A DNA stretch of 59,746 nt, the filler included, from Jimgerdemannia flammicorona (lineage: Eukaryota): the NCBI GenBank assembly GCA_003990765.1. It is 3 parts of 3 records of this genome, joined end to end, with 100 filler letters (N's around TTAATTAATTAA, not from the genome) between each part and the next. Parts side by side here need not be neighbours in the genome. Positions count along the whole stretch, not along the records: positions 1 to 19,853 come from RBNJ01001831.1; 2 more parts are not named here. One strand, written 5' to 3'. Below, one piece after another: positions 1 to 12,749 of this stretch (within the stretch, counting starts at the first letter, position 1; each line of letters opens with the position of its first letter). A program made the position numbers and the translations under genes. The notes beneath the pieces were generated by a model. That model did not search any database, was not told the DNA's origin, and was given only the letters and a program-made list of their open reading frames with translations.

Positions 1-440
1 TTTGCCCGTTTTGCCCGTCTTGCCCATGTCGCCTGTCTTGCCATCTTGCCCATGTTGCCCGTGTTGCCCGTTTTGCCCGTTATGCCCGTCTTGTCCCTTA
101 TGCCCCTCCTGCTCATTTTGCCCATTTTGCCCATCTTGCCCATCTTGCCCGTCTTGCCCGTCTTGCCCATCTTGCCCATCTTGCCACTGTCGCCCGTCTT
201 GCCATCTTGCCCGTCTTGCCCGTCTTGCCCGTATCTTGCCCATCTTGCCCATCTTGCCCGTCTTGCCCGTCTTGCCCATCTTGCCCATCTTGTCTGTGTC
301 ATTTTGCTGGTTTTGCCCGTCTTGCCCATGTCGCCCATCTTGCTGTCTTGCCCATCTTGCCCGTCTTGCCTGTGTTGCCCATGTTACCCATGTTGTCCAT
401 CTTGCCCATATTGCCTGTGTCATTTTGCCAGTCTTGCCCT
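1..440. repeat. 9-bp tandem minisatellite, unit TCTTGCCC(A/G)
   Basis: Continuous degenerate copies (tcttgccca/tcttgcccg) from the window start. Confidence 0.95.
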
Positions 441-1659
441 GAAATTCTTGAAATCCTTGTAACTTGCTGAAACTAGAAGCTATGGCTATGCCGAAAAGAC
501 CAGGTGGGACTTCTATACCTAAGGGATGAGGTACACCTGTTGGCACTCCTTGGAGCCTATATTTGTGGCCTCCAAAACTTGAGAAGCTCACCATCCTGGT
601 GGCTTAGACGTGGAGCCAACTGTTTGGTCCAAGTGAAAGATGTCATTTCAAATCTGGCCTCTATTATCTCCTCTCTTCAAGGTATGGATCAAAACATCAT
701 GACTGAGGTGAATCTTCTGATTTTTGCAGTCTCAGCAGTCTGGGTGTCTTCTATTGTTATAATATCCTATTGCTCAGAAATGATATTCCTGATTGTTGAT
801 TTTTTGTTATCTCAGGAATTAGTACCCAACTTGGTCATAAGTTGGAGGAAGAGTGGATAAGGGATATATTTCTGTTCAGATAAAGAAATCTTGTCCTTTA
901 AATCGACTCTACAACTTGGTGGTAACTTCTTGGAAGATGGTTAACTGTGCAAGTATATTCATGGGTTCTGGTCTTTGGGGTCTCTGTCTTTCTTGCTGAT
1001 CTAGTAGATGGCACTGATGGCAGTAGTCTTGAGTAGAGTGTAAGACCATTGGTGTGGACATCTTTCTAGCCAAAATGCCCTCTCTTGATGAGTTTCTTTC
1101 TTGAGAATAATGGGGGTTGTACTGGGTTCTTCTTCTATATTCCAAGGATCATTGTCTTTGGGTGGTATCCAGCGAGAGTCATCCCAGGGAATGAGTTCAG
1201 GGACCTCTTCTTCTTCAGGTACTTCTTGTTCCGGAACTTCTTGGTCAAAAATTTCTTCTTACTTGGATGATTCTTGTCCCCAGATTGCTTATACTTCTGT
1301 AGCTTCAGCTACAGGTATTACTGAAATATGTCTACATTTCTCCTTCTTCCTTCTGCACTCAGGGCAGGCTGTGCCAGACAAATTCCTTGTCTCAATGATC
1401 TTGAAGGAGTGCTTGGGGCACTTGTATTTCTTGAGGCAGGTGGGGCATCTTTTGATTTCTCTTACAATGGCTCTGATGGTAATGGGGACAGTGTTCATGG
1501 CCCATACATTGTCTTCTGGTCTGTCATCCACTAGGTTGATCCTGGGATTGAGTCTGGGATCATTTCTATCTTCAGATTCTTCTTCTTCCTCTATAGTAGA
1601 TTCTTCACTGCTGCATATTCTTTCTAGATGTTAACCTTCTTCTTTTTTGTCAATTACTC

Positions 1660-2040
1660 ATAGCTGGTCACCTTGACTTTGTACTTCTTGCCTCAGTAGT
1701 CAAACTTGAGTACTTGTTGACCAATATTAACAACTGCATTCATTTCCTTCATCCAGTTAGTGCCAATGATCATATCATAGATGACAGTTTTAGTAACAAT
1801 AGCTTTTGAGATAGAGAACTGAATATGTCCCAGGGAGATGGTGATGTTTTGTACTTCTCCAAGGGATTGAGTTCAGGCTCCATCTGCTACTATAATGCTA
1901 AGGTTGGATGGTCCATCAATGGGCCATTGGAGGGTATTTAGGAACTGTTTGGTATTAACATAGACAGCTATTCCTGTATCTATGACGATTTTCGCCTTTT
2001 GTCCTCCAATATCTCTATATAGGTAAGTGCTGACATGTCT
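1660..2040 (-). pseudogene. Retroviral-like aspartic protease of a decayed LTR retroelement
   Basis: Manual translation: YRDIGGQKAKIVIDTGIAVYVN...SIIVADGA*TQSLGEVQNITISLG...YDMIIGTNWM. DTG at 1972-1980, plus ADG flap and IIG.NW motifs; stops are TGA (from CGA). Confidence 0.85.
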
Positions 2041-2084
2041 TTCTGCAACTTGGATAGGAATGGAGGCTGGCAGGCCACCTTTCT

Positions 2085-5000
2085 CCTGTACAATTCACAT
2101 TATACCAATCTCAAGCAACAGTTTTTAACATACCTTGGAGAAAAGGTACTATTATAATATCATCAAGCAAGAGTTCCAATGGGCATACAGGGTTAGGGAG
2201 ATCTGGGGCTTTCAGCTGGCAGAATGTGGGGAGGGGTTTTGACCTAGAGATGGGGGCCTTTGGAGGATCGAAGAGTGGTGAGGGCTCTGGAGAGGACTGG
2301 TATCAGGTGGTAATATGGGAAGGACTGGCCTCCCAAGCTTTGCAGACAAGGTGAAGGGGAGTGGATGGCTGACTGGAGACAGGGTTGGTGCTGCTGTGGG
2401 GAAAGACAAGATGAGTTTTGGGAGGGGGAGAGGTTCTCTGGCAGGGGGTATGAGTATAGGGTCTGGAGGTGCTGTGGCTGGGGGTGGGACTGCTGATGGA
2501 GGTGTGATGGGGAATCAGGAGAAAAAAAGAGATGTGATGGCTGATGGCAGAGGGGGACTAGGGCTACTGATTTGGAAGGGAGACCTGGCCAATAGTGTGA
2601 TGGGGCTAGTGGTGGTACCATTACTCAAGAAGTTGGTTTCAGAGTTTGCAGCTACCTTGTGCTTCTGGGGCTTAGCAGTGATGGCAAGGATGGTCTCTGG
2701 GGCTTACCTCGCAGCAGATAGCTGGGGCAGCCTTGGTGAAGTTCCTGAAGGAGCTGTAGGTAGTGGAGGTGGGCTTTGAGGAGGCAGGTCTACTAGATGA
2801 GGCAATGAAGACTAGAGTGGTGGTGGGTGAAGTGGTGGTCCCTATGGTGTGCTGCCTTAGGTGGGACCCCAGGATGGTACAGCTGCTGGTCAAAGAGATG
2901 CCTATGGTGTTGAAGGTTGAGACTAGGAGGAGGGTAGAGGAGGTGGTAGCAGAGTATGGCAATGTGGTGGATATCAGCTTCCAGGTGTGGAAGGGGACAG
3001 CAATCAGGACAGGTGATGTTGATGTCAGAGTTTGGCTGGTAGAGAGAGAGGCCACAGAAATGATGAATGACTGGCCTTCAGTATTGATGTAGGGGGCTGT
3101 TGTCTGTAGGGTGTCTAGGGTGAAGGGGAGTGAGGAGGAGGAGGAGGACTTGTTGGAGGCACTAGAGGAGTTGAGTGGTGTAGTTGAACAGAGGGTGAAG
3201 GCCTGGAAGCTCTATGAGGAGTTGATGCACCTGGAGGTTGTGGAGGGGAAGTGTATCCACACTGACAAGAGGCAGTGGGAGTAGGCCCAGGGGTGCTTAA
3301 GGCAGAGGGAGCTTTTGGCTAGTATGAAAGGAGGGATGAAAAAGGAGGTGGTTGGGGCTGTGGTGTCTGGGGGCATTGAAGCTAGTATCTGGGCTAATAA
3401 AGGAGGTGGGGAGGTTGGGGCAACCATGGAAGGGGCTGGGAAGGTGCCCTGCAATGACCCCCATACAGATGGCACATTTGAAGTCTGAGAACAAGATCTG
3501 GATGATATCTCCCCCCCTCTTATCAGGAGGGATCTGAGTTTGAAGAGAGGGGCTGTGGAGGATGTGAGGATGCAGAGAGCACAGCATGTATACTTTGGGG
3601 TCCCTGATGTGGCAAAAGGGAGCCAGGTGGTGGCAGTAGGCAAGGATGAGCTGGTGGATGTCGCAGAGGAGGAGTGGGATGAGGCTGCCAGTACCAGAGC
3701 AGATACCACGATGCTGGATGCAGGGTGGCTGAGGACTCTGGGAGGGAAGGAGGTGGGGAACCCACTGGAGATGAGCAAGGTGATGGACAATCTTGCAGCT
3801 GAGGAGCTGGGGGAAGTGGACCTGAGGGTGATGCCAGAGGAGCATTGGGTATGTATTCTGTATAGAGATGGAGTGGTAGAGGTACTGAAGATGGGGATTC
3901 TCACAATCTTTAAGGAGGAGGAGGGATATGAGATTGATAAGGTGAGGGAGGCAGAGCTGGCAGTGGTTGCTGGGGAGTGGGCTGCCTACTGCTGGGTAGA
4001 GCATTATGGGCTGTAGCTCTGGCAGGAGGCCTGTCTAGAGTACCATGAGGACTTTGAGGAGAAAGAGGATGGGGCAATAGCTGAACTTCTGGAAGAGTTG
4101 GAGGCTCAGGAGACTGAAGAGAGGGAACTGGCTACAGAATATGATTTGGACTTGGTAAATGTGGATTTGTAAAGGAGGAGTTCGTTAAATTATTTTATTT
4201 TCTATGAACAGTACAACTAACATTTTTTCTCTGAATATGAATAGGTTATGGGGATCTGGGAGGTGTAGGAACATTTTTACTTAGCTCAAGGATTTGGAGG
4301 CTGATCTCTTTCTACTGTAGGATGTGCAGTGTGAGGATGAGGATGATAGGGTAGAGTGGACTAGGGAATGGGGTGGAGTGACTGCCTGGTTAGGTAAGGT
4401 GGTGATTCTGGTGAAGAAGGGTTGAGGAGACTTGGGGGGAATTAGAAGCTGGAGTGATCACTTGGTTTGGGGAGACTGGTATCAGCCTGGGTGAGAGTTG
4501 GTAAGGGTTGGCTCCTGTTACTGCCCAGCAGTTAGGGGCAAGAGGATTGTATGGATTAGGGAGCTGCTGGAGGAAGATGTTCTCTTGGAGGAAGGGGTTG
4601 ATATTCTCAGTGGGGACTTTAATATGGTTCAGGATCAGTGAATGGATAGAACTGATGAAGGAAGGAATACTGGGGGAAAGAGTGGTGGGCTGGATGCCTG
4701 GGAGGAGGTAGAGAATCTTAGCTCCTTAGGGGATATGGGAAGAATGTAGTGGGGTGACACCAGGGTCTACACACATTGGGTGAATAGCTTGGTTATGAGG
4801 ATTGATTGGATTCTGATGGCTGAATGTTGGGGTGTGGATGTTTGGAAGACATTGGAGGTGTAGTGGTGCCTATGGTCTGATCACTGGAGACTGTTGGGGC
4901 AGAGGTAGTTTGGGGGAAGTGGAGATGAACCCAGATATTAGTGCCTTAACTCCTCCCTGCTGGCTGAGAAGAGGTTGTGGAACTCGTAGGTAGAGGACAT

Positions 5001-5556
5001 CCAGGTGAAGGTCTCTATTTGGAGGCATGAGGGTTTATTTGTGGATGTCTATTGGATGAGATTGAAAAAGGCAGCAAGGGCCTATTGGGGAGGAGCTGGT
5101 AGAGAAGCTGGGAGTCAGAGGAGGAAGTGTACACAGTGTGCATCTAATAGGCTGAGGAGACTGTAGATGGATTGGGCAGATTTGCTCACTTCTGATGGGA
5201 GGGAGAATTGGAGGATAGAATGGGCAAAATTGGAGGTAGTAGAGCTGCAACAGGTGTTAAGAGAGGAGGAGGAGTCTCATATGCAAGGAATAGCTGCCAG
5301 GCTATGGTGGCAGGAGCTTGAGGAGGGTGAGCAGTCTACTAGGTACCTGTCAAGACTCCTCAAAGCTAGGAGGGTGCAACATTGGTGGGATGGAGTCTTA
5401 GATGCTGAGGGGGACATGGTACATGGCACAAAACAGGTTTTAGGGGTTTTGAAGGAGAGATGGCAGGGTCTGTGGAGTGAGGAAGAAGGGGGTGTAGATA
5501 GGGCTGTGATTGAAGATACATTAGAGAAGTGGAAGCCACCATAAGTAGAAGGGCTC
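2085..5556 (+). mobile_element. LINE family 1 (L1/Tx1-like) copy A: ORF1 + APE endonuclease, 3'-truncated
   Basis: Collinear with copy F (54185 onward). ORF2 starts MNSTTNIFSLN at 4204, with GDFN, RIDW and SDH motifs. Ends before RT, no poly(A). Confidence 0.9.
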
Positions 5557-5955
5557 ATAGGATGCTACTGCTTATATTTCTCTAGCCAGTTGTAAATTTG
5601 GATCATTTGCTGTTCAGTGGAAAATTCCTCTGACTGGTTCTCTGAGCTGGGTTTTATAGATAGTGATTTTTCTTTTATCTGAGAGATTCCTCAGGGCTGT
5701 GATTCTTTCAATTCCATCAAGGAATTCTCTGGGGTCTTCCTCTGGATATCCTGCAAAAGTTGGCAATAAGGTGGCCATTTCATCCTCACTTTCTTCTGAT
5801 TCTGGTTCTGGTCCAGATTCTGATTCAAATTCTGACTCTGATTTACTTTCTGAACTATCACTGGAGATGGAAGTGCTCAGGTACCTTGAGGATAGTGTTC
5901 TGGACCTTGGACAAAGTAGAATGAGCCTGGGTATTCTTGTAGGAGCTACTTCCAA
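5557..5955 (-). pseudogene. Gag N-terminal fragment of the same LTR element
   Basis: LLPTFAGYPEEDPREFLDGIERI...LREPVR is a typical gag capsid-start motif (F.G...EDP..FL); lies downstream of the LTR and PBS on the minus strand. Confidence 0.75.
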
Positions 5956-6320
5956 TTCTGTAAGGGCTGGTGGTAAAGGTTCTATAGGTGAGATTGGTGA
6001 GACAGGTATGGAGTGTCTGGCTGTAAGATCTCAGGCTTGTATAATGAGATCTTCTAGTTCTTGTGCAAGTTCTTCAAGATCTCCAGCAGGGCCACCTGTA
6101 TTGTCTAGTTGATCTGGTTGGAGATTTCAGGCTAATTTCTGGTTGAGATCCTTCTGATGCTGGGTAGTTAGTAAGTCTTGAGGTGATTACTTCTCTTCCT
6201 GACCAAATGCTGGTGATAACTGGTTCTCCTGTGGTGGCAGAGATTGGTGTTGTATTAAATATATCTAGTTTGACTGTAGGTTCTTGTGAGCTGAAAAGTC
6301 ACATCAATTTTGAAAATCTT

Positions 6321-6337
6321 TCCCAGTTGATCCCTCA
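6321..6337 (-). promoter_or_regulatory. Putative primer-binding site (tRNA-Pro-like, decayed)
   Basis: Minus strand reads TGAGGGATCAACTGGGA 2 nt after the LTR end ...TTACA; resembles the Pro-type PBS TGGGGGCTCGTCCGGGA. tRNA identity is inferred. Confidence 0.4.
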
Positions 6338-6339
6338 AA

Positions 6340-9300
6340 TGTAATGTGTCTGGCTCAATAGAGGCAAATTATAAGGTTGGGGGTTAGTGTAGTTTGGCTT
6401 GAGCCCCTAGTTACTTTGTCAAAAGCAACAAAATGTTCTAAGATTGCTGGGGTCCTTGGTGGTGTTTAGTGGTATAATAGTCAAAGCTGGATATCTGCAA
6501 GCGATTTGCATGTTGATTTCCTAATTGGGACACAAGTATAGCAGCAATTTGTATATCTTTCCTTCCTGGGTCAATCTGGGAATTGGTAGAATTTCGTATT
6601 TAGCATGATGATCTTGGCATGATGATCTTGTGTAGCATAGGTTCCTTATATGTGATGGTCTGGCAATTTGATGGCATTTCTTCTTGAGTGATGGGTGATC
6701 TCTGTGTAGTGTGGCAGTTTCCTAAAATGGTGGCTTACTGGGAAATATACTGGTGGAGAGTTCTCTGAATCGGGCTCACTGGGAACAGACAAACAATTTT
6801 GGCAGTAGATAACTCAGATAGCTTGGATAACTCAGATGACTCAGATAACTCAGATGTTATAGATTCATCTTAATCAGTGGCTCTCTGGGAAATAACTTGG
6901 ATGGTGTGGATTCTTCTGAATTAGGCTCTTCTGGGAATAATAACTTGAGTGTCATGGATTCTTCCTGAATTGGCAGAGTTCTCTAGAAATGTGAATAACT
7001 CAGAAATAGTGGCTTCAGCTGAGAAAGGATCTCTTGGCAAAGTTACATTAAAGACTGGCTTTGTTTGCACAAATTGATTCACTGCAAAGTTGTGTCAGAA
7101 ACTAGCTTGAGCAAGGTGGCTTTCTCTTTAGGTGGCAGGAACTTAGGCTCTTCAGGCTTTATCTGACAAGTGAATCAAAATGTAGTGACTTATTCCTTAA
7201 GTAGCAGATTACTTAAAAGGTGGCAAAGTTCTTTCTTGAACTTGGGCAGCAAATCTTCAGACTTATCTAGCAAGTGAACCAAAAACATAACAAACTCTTC
7301 TTTGTATCAGAAAGTGGACCAGAGTGGAAAAGTAAGCTCACAATCTCCTAGCAGTGACTGTAGAGTTCCTCTCAAAGTGTGGTAGGCAGACTTGTCTTTT
7401 GCTTTGAATTTCAGACTCTTCTTTATATCAGAAAGTAAACCAGAGTTGAAATGTGTTCTGAATTTCAGACTGAGGTTTATTCACTCTTGTCTCTGGAGTA
7501 TTTTATACAGTTGTGATTGCTATCTGGTTACAATATTGCTAATTATAGATTGCTATTAATGGCAAGTGTACAGGTCTTGCACAAGTGTACAGGTCTTATA
7601 CATGTGTGTAGGTCTTGGTGAGGATGAGCTGGTGGATGTCCCTGAGGGGGAGTGGGATGAGGCTGCCAGTGTGGGTGCTGATACCATGATGTTGGATGCA
7701 GGCTGGCCAGGGACTCCAGGAGGGAAGGAGGTAGGAAACTTGCTGTAGATGAGCAAGGTGATGGATAACCTTGCAGCTGATGCATTGGGGGAAGTGGACC
7801 TGCAGGTTATGCCTGAGGAGCACTGGGAGCAGATTCTGCATAGTGAGGGAGTGGTGGAGGTGCTGAGGGGGGAGATTCTTGTGATCCTCCTAAAGGTGGA
7901 GGGATATGAGGTCGATGAGGTGAGGAAGGCTGAGCTGATGGTGGCTGCAGGTGAGCAGGCAATATACTGTTGGGCTGAGCAGCATGGTTTGCAGCTCTGG
8001 AGGGAGGCCTGTTTGGAGTATCATGAGGAATTTGAGGAGAGGGAGGATGAGATGATGGTAGAACTTCTGGGAGGGTTGGAGGCACAGGAAGCTGGGGAGA
8101 GAGAACTAGCTGCTGAACATGAATTGGACTTGGTACAGGAGGAGCTAAATGTGGACTTGTAGAGGATGGGATCACTTTTTAACATTATTCCTTATGAACA
8201 GTACAACTAACATTTTCTCTTGAATGTGAATGGGTTGAGGGGTTCTGGATGGTATAAGAACATTTTTACTTGGCTCAAGGGATTGGAGGCTGATCTCTTT
8301 TTACTACAGGATGTTCAGTGTGAGGATGAGGATGATTGGGTGAAGTAGACTAAGGAATGGGGTGGGGCTACTGCTTGGTTTGAAAAAGTGGCAATTCTGA
8401 TGAGGAAGGGTAGAGGGGACTTGGAGGGAATCAGGAGCTGGGGTGACTGATTGGTCTGGGGAGATTGGCAGTGGCCAGGGTGGGAGTCAGTGAGGGTTGG
8501 CTCCTGCTACTGCCCAGCGGTTAGGGGTGAGAGGATTGCATGGATTGAGGAGCTGCTGGAGGAGGGTGTTCTCTTGGCAGAAGGGGTCGATGTGATTGGG
8601 GGGGACTTTAATATGGTTCAGGATCAGCATCTGGACTGCACTGATGGTGGGAGGAGTGCAGGAGAGAGAAGTGGAGGCCTGGATGCATGAGTGGAGGTGG
8701 AGAGGCTGAGCTCCTTAGGGGATATGGGTAGAACATAATGGGGTGACTCCAGGGTCTACACATACTGGGTGAATGGCTTGAGTACAAGGATGGACTGGAT
8801 TCTGATGGCAGAATGCTGGGGGTCAGATGTCTGGAAGGTATTGGAGGTAGAATGGTGCCCATGGTCTGATCACTGGAGACTGCTGGGACAGGGGCAGTTT
8901 GGGGAGAGTGAAGATGGACCCAGACATTGGTGCCTCAACTCCTCCCTGCTGGCTGAGAAGGGGTTGTGGGATTCATGAGTAGAGGACATTCAGGTGGAAA
9001 TGTCTTAATGGAGGTGTGAGGGTTTGTCAGTGGGCATCCGGTGGTTGAGATTGAAAGAGGCTGCAAGGGTCTATTGGGGAGAGGCTGGGAGAGAAGCTGG
9101 GAGATGGAGGAGGAAGCATATGAGGTATGCTTCCAGCAGGCTGAGGAGATTGCAAATGGATTGGACAGGTTTGCTTACTTCTGATAGGGTGGAGGATTGG
9201 AGGTTAGCATGAATTAAATTGGAGATATTGGAACTGCAACAGGTGCTGAGAGAAGAGGAGGAGGTGCATATGTGAGGTATGGCTGCTAGGCTATGGTGGC

Positions 9301-10680
9301 AGGGGCTTGAGGAGGGTGAGCGGCCTACTAGATATTTATCCTGGCTGCTCAATGCTAGGAGGGTGAGATATCAGTGGGATGGAGTCCTCGATGCTGATGG
9401 GGACATAGTACATGGCATGCAGCAACAAATCCTAGGGGTTTTGAAAGAGAGATGACAGGGTCTGTGGAGTGAGGATGAAGGGGGTACTGATGAGGTGGCT
9501 GTTGAAGATGCATTAGGGGAATGGAGGTCACTGCAAGTGGCTGGGCTGGAGGACTTGGCCTTGCTGGTACAAGGTGAGGAGGTCCAGAGTGTCCTTGCAG
9601 CAACTAAGACTGGGACAGTGCCAGGGGAGGATGGACTACCATGGGACTTCTGGAAGAAGATGGTCAAGGTCCCCAGCATTCTGGGGGAGATGACTGCTCT
9701 CTGTGATCATATTCTTCAGAGTGGTGAGTGGGTTGGAGAGCAGGACCTTGGGCTGGTGGCTTTATTGTACAAAGACAAGGGGAGGAGAGAAGACTGGAAG
9801 AACTGCTGACCAATCATACTTTTGGACATGGACAGGAAGATGGTAACTAAGGTGGTTGTTGCAAGGCTGCAGAAGGTTGCCCAACAGGTGCTGGGGGAGG
9901 AGCAGCAGGGCTTTGTTGGAGGCAGGCTTATTAGAGATGGGACTGCTTGGGTGTATGGTGTCATTGAAGAGGCCTGGGCTTGTAGCCTGGATGGAAGGCT
10001 GGTCTTTTTGGATCAGGAGAAGGCCTATGACCAGGTCCGGAGGGTTTGGCTGGGCAAGGTATTGGATCATATTAGTGTTTCTCCTGGATTTTGGGCCTCT
10101 ATGGTGAATCTGCTTGAGGGCAGTTGGGCAGCACTGATGTGTAATGGTCATCATGGTCAGGCATTTACCTTATGAAGAGGAGTTCCTCAGGGGGATCCCT
10201 TGTCCCCTATTCTTTATACTCTCTCATTGGAACCATTAATAGATAGGATTTGCCAGAAGATAGTGGGGCTCTCTATCTATGGCATAGTGTGGAAGGTGGG
10301 GACCTTTGCAGATGATATGGTGGTTGGCCTTGGGTCTGTGGCAGATGTTGAGACACTTAAGGAGACAGTGGAATAGTATGAGGTTCACTCTGGAGCAAAG
10401 CTCAACTGGTATAAGTGTGAGACTATGGTGCTAGGGAATGGACTGGTGGGTGGGGATATCATTGGAACAATTGTCCCTACTGGTGAGGTGGTACGGTATC
10501 TGGGCATCTTCCTGTATGCAGGTCTTATACAGGTGTACAGGTTTTGCATAGGTACATATACCTTATCTGATAGTCTGGCTATTTATACAGTTTTCTGTAA
10601 CAATGGTCGCTATATTGAGTTACTATGCTATGTCATCTGGCTAAGGTATAATTCAGGTGGTATGTTTTTGGTTTGTTACA
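6340..10680 (-). mobile_element. 5' LTR of the gag-protease element, split by LINE copy B (LTR parts about 6340-7612 and 10513-10680)
   Basis: Begins TGTAATG and ends GTTACA; homologous to 10989 and 25401 copies; internal GGATAACTC repeats. Confidence 0.75.
7613..10512 (+). mobile_element. LINE family 1 copy B: internal fragment (ORF1 end, endonuclease, RT)
   Basis: ORF2 ATG at 8194; GGDFN, SDH, LDQEKAYD, GVPQGDPLSP, FADD, VRYLGI. Both ends are missing. Confidence 0.92.
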
Positions 10681-10988
10681 ATATATAGACTTTATAAGTA
10701 TAATCATCAATGAAAGTAATAAAATATTTCTTCTCAAAGTATATTGCCAATCATATAGGGTCATAGATATTTATATATATATATCAAGAATACTGGCCAC
10801 TTACTTTATCTATACCTGAAAAGGTCACTAGGAAGCCTTGTTTACCATATATCTATCACAGAAGCTAAAGTCTGGTGATATATTGTTTGGTAATCTGTAT
10901 ATAGTTTTACTCTTTGTCATCTGTTCTAAGCTTATCCTACTAATATATTCTAAGTATTTATACTATATATACCAGAGATTCTCTCTAG

Positions 10989-12269
10989 TGTAATGTACCT
11001 GGCTCAATGGAGGCAAATTATAAGGTTGTGGGTTGGTGTAGTTTGGCATGAGCCCCAGTTACTTTGTTAAAAGCAACAAAATGTTCTTGGTGTTTAGTGG
11101 TAAAATAGTCAAAGCTGGATATCTTTGGGCCATTTTCATATTGAGATAGTTCTCTGGGTGTAGTAGTGATTTGTATATCTTTTCCTTCTTGAGTGACAAT
11201 CTCTGATTTCTGTGAGACAATCTCTTATATAGTGCAACAGGTTCCTTATGCATGATGATCTGGCAATTTGACAGTTTCCTTCTTGGGTCAACTGGGAATT
11301 GGTAAAATTTCGTGTGTAGTGTGAATGGCTTCCTTCTTGAGTAACAGTCTCGAAAAGTATACAATTTCTGAGCATAGTGATCTTGTGTAGCACGGTGGTT
11401 TCTTAAAATGGCGGCTTACTAAAAATTATACTGGCGGTGGGTTCTCCGAATCGGGCTTACTGGGAACAGATGAACAACTTGGTGGTGGATAACTCAGATA
11501 ACTCAGATGTCACGGAAGGTGGATAATTCAATAACTCAGATGACACAGATGTGGATTCTTGGCAAGTTACATCAAGACTGGCTTTGTTTGTATGGGGTTA
11601 CATTGTAGACTGGCTCTACTGCGAAGTTGCATCAGAAGACTGGCTTGTGGCAAGAATGGCGGGCTCTCTGGAATACTGTGATTAACTTGAAAATGGCGGC
11701 TTATTCCTTAAGTGGTAGATTACTCAAATGGCAGTGAAGTTCTCCTTGAACTTGATGGCAAACTTCAGGCTTATCTGGCAAGCAAACCAAAAACGGACTC
11801 ATTCTTTGTATCAGACAGTGGACCAGAGTGGGAAAGGGGCAAAGCTTACAATCTCCTAGTAGTGGCTGTAGAGCAGGCATTTCTCCTAAGTGGTGCAATC
11901 CTTCCTAGATTAAGTGGCTTTTGGCAGATATATTTCTCAAAGTGTAGTAGGCAGACTTGTCTTTTGCTTTGTGTTTTGGAACTGAGGTTTATTCACTCTT
12001 GTCTCTTGGGTATTTTATACATTGTGGTTGCTATCTGGATAATTATAGATTTACCATTTCTGGTAATGTTTCGGTGTATCCTTAAGACATGAGTGTGGCC
12101 ACAGGACATGAGTATGTCTGCTATACACAGGTGTGTCCTCAGGACACAGATAAACAACCCTGATTCAGTATCCTAGCTAATTATAAGTATAGTATGCATG
12201 GGTAACTATACTATACTGGGTTCATATCATCTGGCTATATTATGCTATTTGCTTGTTATGTTAGTTATA
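10989..12269 (-). mobile_element. Solo-LTR-like copy of the 6340/25401 LTR family (right end approximate)
   Basis: Same start TGTAATGT.CCTGGCTCAATGGAGGCAAATT and collinear similarity to about 12050; no clear TSD. Confidence 0.75.
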
Positions 12270-12749
12270 GCAGAATATACAGATGATGTACTACTTAGTA
12301 TATCATTGATTACATATAGATTCCTCTTTTTTAATATATATATTAACTTCTTATTATTAATTAAATTAATTACTATTATACTGTTTAGTTATATATTTAC
12401 TCTTCTATCTTCTCAAGCTATCATCTGGTCTATTGACAAATAATTCTTACTAATATCTGAAGTATATAGTATATTCATAAAGGTGCCTGAGGGTTCATCA
12501 GCTTTCCTATATAGATATATACTGATATTTCTCTTATCTAGAGTATTAATAATATTATTATTATCTAGTCTGATAGATATGAGATACTCAAACTTCTTAT
12601 ATATAGTGAACTCCTCATAGTGAGCTATTATGTACTCAATTTACTGGAATCCATAAGTTAGATTTCTTTACTGTATGTATAAGCACTTAGAATATAACTT
12701 ATATTTATAGTACTTAATCAATATTTTTTATTCCTATAACTCCTTTTAT

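Noticed and set aside
2..470. Cys/Pro-rich metallothionein-like ORFs
   Set aside because: Translations of the 9-bp repeat, open in all three frames; no coding evidence.
10681..10988. AT-rich relic coding sequence (also 12270-12736 and 18547-18800)
   Set aside because: Too decayed to assign a family by eye.
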